Source: a virus
Lineage: Duplodnaviria > Caudoviricetes
DNA: 34,542 bases
IMG/VR virus record: IMGVR_UViG_3300030330_001107
Location: 1 to 34,542 of that record
Strand: one strand, 5' to 3'
In this document: piece after piece, positions 7,762 to 17,464 of the stretch
Position numbering within the stretch: the first letter of the stretch is position 1
Layout of the letters: each line of letters opens with the position of its first letter
Made by a program: the position numbers and the translations under genes
Notes under the pieces: generated by a model
The model's database searches: none
What the model saw: only the letters and a program-made list of their open reading frames with translations
Told to the model about the DNA's origin: nothing

Positions 7762-8411
7762 TAGCTTATTGCATCCACTCTTGAAACCCAAACATCCAGG
7801 CTTGTTACTGTACTCGATTGAAAAAACATTCTATCACCACTTTGGACAACTAGCTTTGCACCGCCATCTAAAACTTGTAAGGCACTATTAGCTGGTATTG
7901 GTGCATCTTTAATTAAATAATGAACATCCGTAACTGTGATCTGACCTCCATGATTTGCATGATTGCCACAATAATAATATAAGGTAGACGGAGTAGAAGA
8001 GGACACAACTACAGTTAAAGTATTTGCACTTGAATCTCTTGTAACACCAGTTGTGTATTCAGACCCACCACCATGAGTTCCATCAGAAGTTGTAGACAAT
8101 GAAAATGGATGTGCTGACGGATAACTAAAAACGTATGTAAAACCTTTTAACAATGTGATATGAGGTCTGACTACACCATCAAGTAAATATTGACTTGATA
8201 CTACTGTAACTGTAATTGCAAAAGGATCACCAGTATTACCAGTAAATGCACTTGATGTCATAAAACAAGAAGCTGTTATGGCATTGTCTGTTTTGTTTGC
8301 CATATGAATACCAATGATTGTATTGTCGCTGCCAAAGTCAGATCCATTAGGTATGTCCTGGGCAATTGTGCCAATATTGGTTATAAAGTTTCTTTCAAAA
8401 TCTTGTGCCAT
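7761..8411 (-). CDS. Tail-associated protein with inserted cupredoxin-like domain
   Basis: The conserved frame (MAQDF...IKDAPIP...DGGAKLVVQSGD) is interrupted by AHPFSLSTT...LYYYCGNHANHGG. Confidence 0.7.
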   Translation of the reverse strand: MAQDFERNFITNIGTIAQDIPNGSDFGSDNTIIGIHMANKTDNAITASCFMTSSAFTGNTGDPFAITVTVVSSQYLLDGVVRPHITLLKGFTYVFSYPSAHPFSLSTTSDGTHGGGSEYTTGVTRDSSANTLTVVVSSSTPSTLYYYCGNHANHGGQITVTDVHYLIKDAPIPANSALQVLDGGAKLVVQSGDRMFFQSSTVTSLDVWVSRVDAIS

Positions 8412-8420
8412 TTTTTACTC

Positions 8421-9770
8421 CTATAATGCAACAGACATTGCTATAGAGAACCCAGCTGAAGCACCGCCGCCTTCGACAGCAACCCATGCGGATCCGTTAT
8501 AAAATTTTAATTTTTGATCATTAGAATTGTAGTATAGGTCACCAGCTTCTAAAGCAGATCCATCCAAGTCTTGTGTTGGATCTGAAGATGATGCTCCAAG
8601 ATAAACATTGTCAAATGATGCTTTTGATGCAGCAGCTTGTTCTGCATAATACTTTGCAGAATATAATCCAGTATTTCCTATTGTTGTGTTTGTAGCAAAA
8701 CTATTACCACCACCTAATGCCCAGTTTTTCGCAGATCCAGCATTAATTGTTGAACCGCTTACAGCATAAGCTTTTGAACTAAACTCACCTGAACTATCAA
8801 CGGCACCAGGATTTATTGCCCATTCTTTTGACGCACCAACCTGGTTTGTAACTCCAGTACCACCCAAAGCGTGTGCTTCAGAACTAAATTTACCAGTACC
8901 AGCTACAACTTCACCAGTTGTTTTAGTTGCAAAATCCTCTGCAAGCTGTACGTTTACTATTGCATTGGCAGCTGACGTTGCACTTGCAGCAGCTGCGGTC
9001 GCACTAGTTGCAGCAGCTGTTGCAGAAGTAGCAGCATTATTAGCAGACGTTGTTGCACTAGCCGCATCAACTAATAAAGTGTATTTTGCACTATTAGCAT
9101 TTGTTGTAAGAGGTTGTGAACCGCTAGATGTATGAGCACTATTAACAATAAATATATTATTGGTGCTTGTGTCTTTTACAATATCTCTTTCAGCATAAGC
9201 TGTACTAGCTGCCCAGTTACCTCTTGATGTTCCAATGGCAGTAGTGATTGTAATTTCACCAGTACTATCAAAGGACAATATTTTATTTGCACGATCAGTA
9301 GCACCAACAGTAAATTCTGTGCTAGTCATTGTGTTTGTTCTTGATATTTTTAATGATCGATCAATAGCTTCTTGCAGCTGTTGAGCAATCATTGTAATTC
9401 TATCGAGAGCGTTTTCATGACTTTCAGCTGGGAATGGGTCATTTTCTACATAATCAGTTCCCTGAGTAAGCGTTAAGTTTCTTCTAATTAAAACTGTTTC
9501 GCCACTTTGCGGTCTTTTGTCAGATGATGAAAAGTGTGCGTCACTTGCATTTCCAGTATTAAATTTAAATAAAACATTACCACCATTTGCATTACCAGCA
9601 TTTGTAACTATGTAATCTGTATCTAAAATTTTTACTGTTTCAGTACCAGTTGCAGCTCTAACTATTACAGTTAAATCACCATTAGCAAATATTTTAAAAC
9701 CGTAGGCAAAGCTGTGTTGTGTACCATTACCTGAATAACTATTCTTGGTTGTGGTGCTTGATATTGTCAT
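8421..9770 (-). CDS. Proximal tail fibre (T7 gp17-like N-terminal anchor)
   Basis: YSGNGTQHSFAYGFKIF, ALDRITMIAQQ and an Ala/Thr-rich stalk. Confidence 0.85.
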   Translation of the reverse strand: MTISSTTTKNSYSGNGTQHSFAYGFKIFANGDLTVIVRAATGTETVKILDTDYIVTNAGNANGGNVLFKFNTGNASDAHFSSSDKRPQSGETVLIRRNLTLTQGTDYVENDPFPAESHENALDRITMIAQQLQEAIDRSLKISRTNTMTSTEFTVGATDRANKILSFDSTGEITITTAIGTSRGNWAASTAYAERDIVKDTSTNNIFIVNSAHTSSGSQPLTTNANSAKYTLLVDAASATTSANNAATSATAAATSATAAAASATSAANAIVNVQLAEDFATKTTGEVVAGTGKFSSEAHALGGTGVTNQVGASKEWAINPGAVDSSGEFSSKAYAVSGSTINAGSAKNWALGGGNSFATNTTIGNTGLYSAKYYAEQAAASKASFDNVYLGASSSDPTQDLDGSALEAGDLYYNSNDQKLKFYNGSAWVAVEGGGASAGFSIAMSVAL

Positions 9771-9781
9771 TTATTTCTCGA

Positions 9782-12700
9782 TTAATTGTAGTTTTTTATA
9801 TATTGATTTTGTTGAAAACTTTTACTTAGTTCTTCGTTACCTGGCAAAGATAACATCAAAGGTATTGCCGCTTCGTAAAACAAATCTTCTGCATTTTCTA
9901 TCATTTTTCTTCTACCGTCATCGTCACTTCTTAAATAAAAAGGATTTATCATTAATATTTTTAAATAATCTCTAAATGTGTACATACCGCTGCCACTTGA
10001 TCCCTTGGCTTTAAGTCTTAACACAACTTTATTTTTTGCAAGATTAGTTAGTTGACCTCTTCTTATGTCATCCAAAGCCACACCTTTTATTCTTGTTTTT
10101 TCCTCAGTAAGAGGTGCACCTAATCTAATAAGCTCTTTATGATAGGGTTCAATTTGTTCTTCACCATAAGACATTCTAAATGGCGTAATGCTGTTCCAAA
10201 CGGCTAACAATGGATTAACACTAAACGGAACACCACGCTCTTTTTTATAACCAAGCATATCATATTTATAAGCATATTTTTCTTCTATGCCTTTAACATA
10301 AGGTATAGTCATAACTTGCTGGTTCCATCCGTAAGCAACTGTGTCATAAAAAAATGTAGCAGCTGAATCACCATCAATATTCTTTTTAGTTCCAACTAAA
10401 GAATATGGTGTTGACTTTAATGGATTGTCTGTATTTTGACTATCTTCATAAAGTTTTTGTACGTCCTTTACAGAATAATATAAAGAAGGTATCGCTGGTG
10501 ATTTTCTAGGTATAATCTTACCTTGACCATCAACGCCCTCTTCTTCATCTGTCAATTTTCTTATATTTCTTACTGCACTACTAAAAGGTATTGGAGCTAT
10601 TCCAATCATGCTTCCTAAAGGACTATCAATTACAAGTGAAGGATCACCATAATCAAATGCCCTTATAATAGATCCTAATCCTTGCAAAAAAGGTAAATCT
10701 CTAAAATACTCAGCTGTTGCAAGTGTAGCTGCTGAAGCTAAATCTAATCGATCTTCAGGATCATAAAACATTGTTTGATTTTGAGCTGTACTAGCTGCAA
10801 TACCTAAAAATGCACTTACTGGCTCCAAACCTTGATAAGAAACATAAACAAGTCTACCATTTGGCAATCCAGTTTTTTCGTTATACATAGGCAGCGGATC
10901 TCCATCTTTATCAGTTGGAAAATCTTCTGCTCTAAAAACTAAACTGTAAGGCTGCCAACCAGGCGGTAACATTCTTTGTGCTTGTTTATCTCTTGGATAA
11001 GATCCAGTTAATTGACCATTTAATGCATATTCATGAAACATTGCTAGTGTCATTGAACCTAAAGACATCTTGCCTAAAGCTCTTTGTTGTGCCCTTGCAC
11101 CATTTTGTCCAAGTATATTTTTTCTTATTGTGCCACCAAAAACCATTGAAACTGCTCCAACTAAAGGGTGACCTTCACCTAGACGAAGTATACTATTTGT
11201 TGGTGCTTTAGCAAAAGGCATTAAGACTCTACCTGGAAAGTATTTTCGTATACCTTTAGTAAAACCACCAAGTAGTCCGTCACCCAAGTCAGTTGTCATC
11301 GTCACATATCGAGCTGCATTATCTAATTCATCAGATTTATATTTAGGATCTAGTAAAACCATCATAGCATCATCAACACTATCATCTACAGATTTACCTT
11401 TTGCCCTAGAATTTCTAGCTGTTCTTACAGCTTGTTCATAAATTTCACCACGACTTGATATAACTCGCCAAAAATCATCAGCAGCTTGTAAAGCCGTACC
11501 AGGATAACGTATTAGTTTACCAATTAAATCAATAGCTTTGCCTGGTGCCCCTGAAATATTAAGTGTTTCAGAATCAATAGCTCTATAATTAGCATTTTCA
11601 ACTTTGTTTAAAATATCAGCTGGTACACCAGTTTTAAAAGTTTTGCCCATAACAACATAAGCATCTCTTAAAGATTTAGAATAACCATATACTCTTGCAA
11701 ATAAATCTTCAAAGAAAACTCCTTCAGGGTTTACTTCTTTGCCAATTAACCTTTGACCAGTACGAACTGTTGTACCAATACTTGCTCCTATAATATCTGC
11801 CATCAAGTTAAAAGACATAAACAATGGCGTAGCCAACATATTTTTTAAATGTGTAGGTGCCCAACTCAATAAACCATTTACATATACTTCTTGCCAAATA
11901 TTACCTAATTTTTGATACCATGCACCAAATACATATTTATTTGCATTTGCCTGACCGCCTTGTTTTAAAGCATCTAAATAGCCTTTAGCCATTTGAGTTG
12001 CTAATTTAGATCCACCACTTTCATCAAGAATAACTTGTGCTTGTACAGCTGGTATATCTGTACCAGTTGGTATATTGAAAGATTGTAATGCTCTAGCTAT
12101 TTCTGTTTGAGCACCTTTAGCCTTCATTTGTATTCCAGCATGAATAGACATTTGTCTTCTAAATTTGACTAAGTCATTTGGACTACCATCCCCAGCATCA
12201 ATTTTTTTTGCAAGTTCTTCTAATTTTTTTGCAGAATTTTGTAATAAAATCCTTACAGCTGTCATTTCTTCAGCGTTAAGAAGTTGACCACTTTTTTTAT
12301 TTAAAAGTTTTTTTGTAAGACCTATTTCATCCGCAAGTAACCCTTGAGCTGTATCAAGCGTTTCTTTATTTGTTTTGATACCTCTTTTTTCCAGCTCTTG
12401 AGGATTTTTATATATTTCGCTAATAGTGTTGATAGCTCTGTTAACATCTGAACCACTTTCAAAATTATTAAAATTAAAATCTAAACCAGTATCACCTGAC
12501 AATAAGTTTTTATCTTTTATCTCTAGGTAATCAAGTGCATCACCTTCATTAGACAAGCCAGTTTTAAATCCTTGTGAAGCTTTTTTAGCTGATTGATTTA
12601 CTTCTACGTCAGCAGCTTCTTTTGCCAGTTCAACAACGTCCTCTTCAGGATCAATCGCTGTTTTAGCACTAAACCCAGCTTTTTTAAATCTTTCTGCACC

Positions 12701-12994
12701 TTCTTCCGTTAAAACTTCAGGCGTTAATTTTTCTTGTACTGATTTATACTTTTCACCTTCACCAAGTAAACCTTCAGTACTTGGTTCAGGAACTCTTGTA
12801 GTTGTGTCACCTTTTGACACAGAGCTGCCCATACTTGATTTGTCTTGTCTTTTTAGTATCTGACCTAAAGTGCCAATAATTTCTTTGCCTAATCCAGCTA
12901 CCTGGACATTATCACTTTTGTTAGGTCGTGTACTAGCAAAATTAGTTACGCCAGTTTCTGACGCATTTGCGACTTGTTCTTCAACGGTTGCCAT
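9782..12994 (-). CDS. Large internal virion/ejection protein (T7 gp16-like position)
   Basis: 1070 aa; NGLLS..TH..N, PF..PTN and G.LTG..P..GWQPYS motifs; syntenic position. Confidence 0.75.
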   Translation of the reverse strand: MATVEEQVANASETGVTNFASTRPNKSDNVQVAGLGKEIIGTLGQILKRQDKSSMGSSVSKGDTTTRVPEPSTEGLLGEGEKYKSVQEKLTPEVLTEEGAERFKKAGFSAKTAIDPEEDVVELAKEAADVEVNQSAKKASQGFKTGLSNEGDALDYLEIKDKNLLSGDTGLDFNFNNFESGSDVNRAINTISEIYKNPQELEKRGIKTNKETLDTAQGLLADEIGLTKKLLNKKSGQLLNAEEMTAVRILLQNSAKKLEELAKKIDAGDGSPNDLVKFRRQMSIHAGIQMKAKGAQTEIARALQSFNIPTGTDIPAVQAQVILDESGGSKLATQMAKGYLDALKQGGQANANKYVFGAWYQKLGNIWQEVYVNGLLSWAPTHLKNMLATPLFMSFNLMADIIGASIGTTVRTGQRLIGKEVNPEGVFFEDLFARVYGYSKSLRDAYVVMGKTFKTGVPADILNKVENANYRAIDSETLNISGAPGKAIDLIGKLIRYPGTALQAADDFWRVISSRGEIYEQAVRTARNSRAKGKSVDDSVDDAMMVLLDPKYKSDELDNAARYVTMTTDLGDGLLGGFTKGIRKYFPGRVLMPFAKAPTNSILRLGEGHPLVGAVSMVFGGTIRKNILGQNGARAQQRALGKMSLGSMTLAMFHEYALNGQLTGSYPRDKQAQRMLPPGWQPYSLVFRAEDFPTDKDGDPLPMYNEKTGLPNGRLVYVSYQGLEPVSAFLGIAASTAQNQTMFYDPEDRLDLASAATLATAEYFRDLPFLQGLGSIIRAFDYGDPSLVIDSPLGSMIGIAPIPFSSAVRNIRKLTDEEEGVDGQGKIIPRKSPAIPSLYYSVKDVQKLYEDSQNTDNPLKSTPYSLVGTKKNIDGDSAATFFYDTVAYGWNQQVMTIPYVKGIEEKYAYKYDMLGYKKERGVPFSVNPLLAVWNSITPFRMSYGEEQIEPYHKELIRLGAPLTEEKTRIKGVALDDIRRGQLTNLAKNKVVLRLKAKGSSGSGMYTFRDYLKILMINPFYLRSDDDGRRKMIENAEDLFYEAAIPLMLSLPGNEELSKSFQQNQYIKNYN

Positions 12995-13005
12995 GAAATT
13001 CCCAT

Positions 13006-13031
13006 AAAAAAAGGGATGTTCATAACACCCC
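13006..13031 (-). terminator. Intrinsic terminator just upstream of the 1070-aa gene
   Basis: GGGGTGTT-ATG-AACATCCC followed by T7. Confidence 0.75.
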
Positions 13032-13044
13032 TACTATATATAGT

Positions 13045-13073
13045 CTTATACCAAATTTTAGGACATTTGTGAA
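13045..13073 (-). promoter_or_regulatory. Putative sigma70 promoter
   Basis: TTCACA-17bp-TATAAG with TG extended -10. Confidence 0.45.
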
Positions 13074-13078
13074 TTTTT

Positions 13079-13312
13079 TTATACTAAACCCATCTGACCA
13101 TCATTTTCAATTTCGTTATTATCTTGGAACATTTCAGGCAATGCTGCTATTTCTTCAGCTTCTAATTCAGAAGGCACATCACCATTGTAAACTAACTCTA
13201 AATAATTCTCTTTTGTTAATGGTATGTCATACTTTTTCATAAGAGCTATAAAACCATCCTCATTGTTCCCAGGCTGGTTTTTCGATACCTCCAGTTTCTC
13301 TTTCAATTCCAT
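13079..13312 (-). CDS. Small acidic protein, candidate inhibitor/immunity partner
   Basis: 77 aa with 18 D/E vs 6 K; IPLTKENYLELVYNGDVP...E..ALPE. It overlaps the upstream gene by 53 nt. Confidence 0.65.
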   Translation of the reverse strand: MELKEKLEVSKNQPGNNEDGFIALMKKYDIPLTKENYLELVYNGDVPSELEAEEIAALPEMFQDNNEIENDGQMGLV

Positions 13313-15335
13313 TTATAACCTCATCTAAAGATAATTCATTATTTCTATATTTATACCATAAACTGTCAATTGCTTCTACTTTTTTTGGTGATTGTTTCAA
13401 TGTTGATGGAAATAATCCTCTTACAGCTTCCCAGGTAATTGATTGCATCTCTCTTGGCAAAACACCTCTTTCAGCTGCTGCTCTTCTATAGGCTTCTGCA
13501 TAAATACTATATAAACCTTTGATACCATTTACTTTTGAATTTTTAGCTGCACCATTCCAATCAGGTTTTTGCTCTTTAACTGTAGGAGAGGTTCCAAAAT
13601 TATGATTTACAATTGTATGTTTGCCACCAACTGGTCTAAGAGTAGCAGCTGCAACTGCGTGTGTATCAATTGTCACGTCACCGTTTTTTGAATTTGGATC
13701 AACTATATTATTATAAAAACTTCTAACCTTGTGTGCATCACCTAAAGCTCCTGATATAATTGCTTTGTCACCATTACTTTCTAAAGCAAGAATTGCGTTT
13801 TTAATCATAACATTAGAGTTCCATGCTGCTTTTGCATTTACATCTTTATCTGTTTTTACAACATCTCCAAAGTTACCTTCAGGCGTTATTATTTTAAAAG
13901 ATCTATCATTGAAGGCTTCGTCATATATTCTCACCCATATTGCTTTTTCTTCAACTGTTTCTAATTCACTAAATTTTTTGCCATCGATAGCATCTAATAG
14001 TTTTTTGTATTGAGGTTTACCAAATTTTTCTAAACCCATTGCTCTCATTTTGGCATCGTAGACAAAATCTTTTTTATTAGTGACAATATCTAATGTTCGT
14101 TCTGCAAGCGAAACATTCATATACCAATCTTTTTGCGGTGATAAAGCTGCTAACACACCGCTTGCTGATTGTAATGAAACACCATATTTATTACTAAAAT
14201 CTTGTGCAATTTTATTTGCACCTACATACCATAACTTTGACCTATTTCGTGTAGCTGGTGGAACTTTATCAAACAAATAAAGAAGATTATTTTTTGCATG
14301 ATTAATATAAGTTTCAGCTATTTCATCAGTTGATTTGTTCGTTATTTCACTTACTTTTAAATTAGGATAATCACTTATTATTTTAATGTTATGATCAAAC
14401 TGTGCTTTATTTGTTTTGCTTTCAGCTAGTCCAACAGACAAATAATTTTTAATAGGATCTTCAGTTCTGTTAACTGCTTGTGGGTTTCTTGGTGAAATAA
14501 GTATATCTGCAATTTTGCTACCTACACCAGCTTCTGCATCACTTGTTGCAACAGATCCAGCTACTAAACCTCCACCAGTTAAAGCTTTTTTCCAAGGTAC
14601 TTTTCTACCTATTTTAAAAGCAGTTTCAAGTAAACCACCTATCGCCATGCCTTCTAAAGATGACTTGGCAAGTTTGACAGCTTCAGGATCATCTTCATAT
14701 TTTTCAAATAGACCGCCTAACATTTCTCTAAAAGCGTTTGTGTCTTCTTCACTAACGCCTTCAGGATTTGAAATAAGTTGCCCTACTAAAGTTTGATCAT
14801 CTGCGTTAAATGCAGTAGCATCAGCTATACCGCCCCACATTAATGACCTGGTAAAAGCGTTTGCATTTGTAGCTAATTTTACAAAACTTGCAGCTGGTAT
14901 TGCTGTAGTACCAAACTGTGAAATAGCTTCTGACAATTGACCAGTAATTTGATTATCATAAGGTTTAGATAAGTAATCGTTAAATTTTGTATTAAGACTA
15001 GATGGTATTAACTGATTACTAATATCTGTTATAGCCTTTATCCCACTTTGTAAAAAATCACTACCCATAACTGGATTTTGAATGTCAAAACCTAATTTAT
15101 TTAATCCAGCTGCTACAATATCAAATGGAGCACCTACGATTGTAGCAAGATTATAAGGTGTTTCTGTCATACCTTTTACAGCACCTTTTACACTTGCACG
15201 ACCAATAGTATCTAAATAACCTTCTTTTTCTTGAGGAGGATCAACTAAATTTACAGTTGGTGAGATATCAAAGTATGATGCTGTTTCAGCAAGTTCATAT
15301 TGGTTTTCTACTTCATCTAAATTATATTCGCTCAT
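13260..15335 (-). CDS. Internal virion protein fused to a HhH-GPD glycosylase-like domain (DUF7178-like)
   Basis: The N-terminal ~275 aa is ejection-protein-like, with Gly/Ala hydrophobic helices. The C-terminus has WY, LAALSPQKDW, LGDAHKVRSFYNNI, VTIDTHA and MQSITW. Confidence 0.7.
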   Translation of the reverse strand: MSEYNLDEVENQYELAETASYFDISPTVNLVDPPQEKEGYLDTIGRASVKGAVKGMTETPYNLATIVGAPFDIVAAGLNKLGFDIQNPVMGSDFLQSGIKAITDISNQLIPSSLNTKFNDYLSKPYDNQITGQLSEAISQFGTTAIPAASFVKLATNANAFTRSLMWGGIADATAFNADDQTLVGQLISNPEGVSEEDTNAFREMLGGLFEKYEDDPEAVKLAKSSLEGMAIGGLLETAFKIGRKVPWKKALTGGGLVAGSVATSDAEAGVGSKIADILISPRNPQAVNRTEDPIKNYLSVGLAESKTNKAQFDHNIKIISDYPNLKVSEITNKSTDEIAETYINHAKNNLLYLFDKVPPATRNRSKLWYVGANKIAQDFSNKYGVSLQSASGVLAALSPQKDWYMNVSLAERTLDIVTNKKDFVYDAKMRAMGLEKFGKPQYKKLLDAIDGKKFSELETVEEKAIWVRIYDEAFNDRSFKIITPEGNFGDVVKTDKDVNAKAAWNSNVMIKNAILALESNGDKAIISGALGDAHKVRSFYNNIVDPNSKNGDVTIDTHAVAAATLRPVGGKHTIVNHNFGTSPTVKEQKPDWNGAAKNSKVNGIKGLYSIYAEAYRRAAAERGVLPREMQSITWEAVRGLFPSTLKQSPKKVEAIDSLWYKYRNNELSLDEVINGIERETGGIEKPAWEQ

Positions 15336-16987
15336 TGAAGGCTTACCTCATCTACTTTAAATTTTTCGTACAATTCAAATTTTCTTTTCATACCTCTTGC
15401 AAACAAGTCTGATGATGGAAAAAGTGTTGGATTGTTTTTTATATAATCTTTTGCAGATTGAAATGGTTTTTGTGGATCGTATAATATTTTATTTGTCATC
15501 AAAGTATTTGCAGAATCAATCTCATCAATCAGTCCTTGCTTCATAAGTTTTCTAAAATCAATTTCTTTTTTAGCGTAAATATTTTTTGCTTCTTGTATTG
15601 TGTTTCTGTAGTTAAGTGGTTTTCCATCAGCAAGTTGTTTTTGTTTCCATGCAAACAATTCATCTTTTGCAGAATCAAATAAAAGCTGTAAGTTTTTACC
15701 AGCTATTCCTGATGCATCTGAATTTTCATTATAACTTAATTTTGTTCTAAAAAAGTCTACAGCTTCTTTGTAACCTTGAGCTTGTTCAGCACGAAAGTTT
15801 GCTGAATATTTTTTATAATCACCATCGCTTAATCCAGGAGCTGTTATTTTAAGCAACTCAGCCGTTATTGAATTAGTACGGTCAGCATTTTCCATAGTTT
15901 CTATGGCTGAACGATCTGATTTGTCTGAACCTTTTGTTGTAACTTTTTCGATACCAAGCAACACCTCTACACTTTTTCTTTGAGCTGTAGTTTTATAGTA
16001 ACCTCTTGACATTAACTTTTTATGATTTTCTTTAGCTATTGTTAAGTCATTTGCGTTATCAACATCAACATTTATTATTTTAGCAAATAAAGCATCATCA
16101 ATTTTTTCTTTTTCTTCTTCCGCTTCTTTTAATAAGTTTGTTCGATCTTCATCAAACTCTTCTGCTGCTTTTAAAATTTTATCTCTCAATTTTACTTTGT
16201 CTTTTACTAAACCCATTAAAGTATTCAGCATGACATTGTCACTTTTGCCATCCACAATTTCCATACCAACTGCTAGTGCACTTGGTGATTGTTTCATTTC
16301 TTTCAGGACTAATCCATCAATAGCTATTTCTGCGGACGTATCAAATTGTGTTGAATATTCTTTTTCTTTAAAAGTGCCACTAGTAAGAGCTTCAAGTAAA
16401 ATGCCAGGCTGGTTTTTATTTACTGAAAATATTTTTTTAAATGCTTCATTTTTATCACCAAAGGTTTCTGCGTTTATAATCGTTTGCACATTTTTATCAA
16501 TTTGAGATGAAACATTTGCTTTATTTATTTCGACTATACGTTTGTTGTTTTCTTTAGTGTAATCAATAAAAGCTGCACTAAAAACATTTTGACCAACTAG
16601 ACTAAATTTAGCTTTTGATTTATTTGATGTTAGATAAGGCTGCTTTGTAATTGGATTTATTTTCAATCCACTTTGATACTTTCTTAAAAGTTCTTGCATA
16701 GATTTTTTTGCTTTTCTTTCAGCAGTAACTGGATTGTCTTCTTTTAAGGCTTTAGTTTTTATTTCTTGCAATTCAGTTGTCAAAGCTTTTTCAGCAACAT
16801 CAACTTCTGTAGCTGTTTCTATCTCAAGCTTCTTCATCCCTATTTCTGTGACAACATCCGCAATATTACCAATAGTTCTTGCCACAGCTGTAGCTGCACT
16901 TGGATTAAGTGATGCTGTTAATAGCCGTCCGCCACCTCTGCCCTGGAGAGATAATCCTGATTGTCTTTTGTAGGTGGGTACTCTCAT
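15332..16987 (-). CDS. Internal virion protein (gp15-like)
   Basis: MRVPTY start, helical charged composition, synteny. Confidence 0.65.
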   Translation of the reverse strand: MRVPTYKRQSGLSLQGRGGGRLLTASLNPSAATAVARTIGNIADVVTEIGMKKLEIETATEVDVAEKALTTELQEIKTKALKEDNPVTAERKAKKSMQELLRKYQSGLKINPITKQPYLTSNKSKAKFSLVGQNVFSAAFIDYTKENNKRIVEINKANVSSQIDKNVQTIINAETFGDKNEAFKKIFSVNKNQPGILLEALTSGTFKEKEYSTQFDTSAEIAIDGLVLKEMKQSPSALAVGMEIVDGKSDNVMLNTLMGLVKDKVKLRDKILKAAEEFDEDRTNLLKEAEEEKEKIDDALFAKIINVDVDNANDLTIAKENHKKLMSRGYYKTTAQRKSVEVLLGIEKVTTKGSDKSDRSAIETMENADRTNSITAELLKITAPGLSDGDYKKYSANFRAEQAQGYKEAVDFFRTKLSYNENSDASGIAGKNLQLLFDSAKDELFAWKQKQLADGKPLNYRNTIQEAKNIYAKKEIDFRKLMKQGLIDEIDSANTLMTNKILYDPQKPFQSAKDYIKNNPTLFPSSDLFARGMKRKFELYEKFKVDEVSLQ

Positions 16988-17464
16988 TTAAGCCATCGCA
17001 TAAGTTGTAAATGCTTTTCCAACAGCACCTATCTTCATTGCTTTTGCAGTTTGTTTAGCTTCATACAATGCTAGTTGCCCACGCAACCTGGAGTTAACTG
17101 CATTCTCTTTATAATCTGATGCAGTTGCAGCTGCCTTTCTTAATTCATTTTGATTATCAATTTCAAAATTCAATGCATTATCAAGAAGAACATCTAAAGC
17201 TGTACCGCTGATTGCAACATTGTTTTTTCTCATTGACATAGCAGAATAGTCGTTGAGTGCTCTGAAATCATTTCTAAACTTTACAGCTTCTCTAGACGCA
17301 TCAAACAATGCCATCTCCGCCTTTTGCTCTGACACCAGGGCGTTCCTATCTGCTATTTGTTTGTTATATCGTCCAACGTCTTTCGTGCCTTCAGCGGCAG
17401 CGAAAGTAGCAGCTGTAGATACACCAGTACCTATTGCCATTAAAGTAGCAGCTTCTAATCCCAT
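16988..17464 (-). CDS. Internal virion protein (gp14-like)
   Basis: Ala-rich hydrophobic N-terminus, SGTALDV motif, synteny. Confidence 0.7.
   Translation of the reverse strand: MGLEAATLMAIGTGVSTAATFAAAEGTKDVGRYNKQIADRNALVSEQKAEMALFDASREAVKFRNDFRALNDYSAMSMRKNNVAISGTALDVLLDNALNFEIDNQNELRKAAATASDYKENAVNSRLRGQLALYEAKQTAKAMKIGAVGKAFTTYAMA

Noticed and set aside
8960-9065. GCA/ACT-rich nucleotide repeats as a repeat array or CRISPR
   Set aside because: They encode the Ala/Thr/Ser stalk of the tail fibre and have no repeat-spacer structure. No CRISPR array was seen anywhere in the window.
3354-9770. DGR or invertible tail-fibre switching
   Set aside because: No reverse transcriptase, no TR/VR near-duplicate, and no invertase or flanking inverted repeats; all fibre genes are co-oriented.
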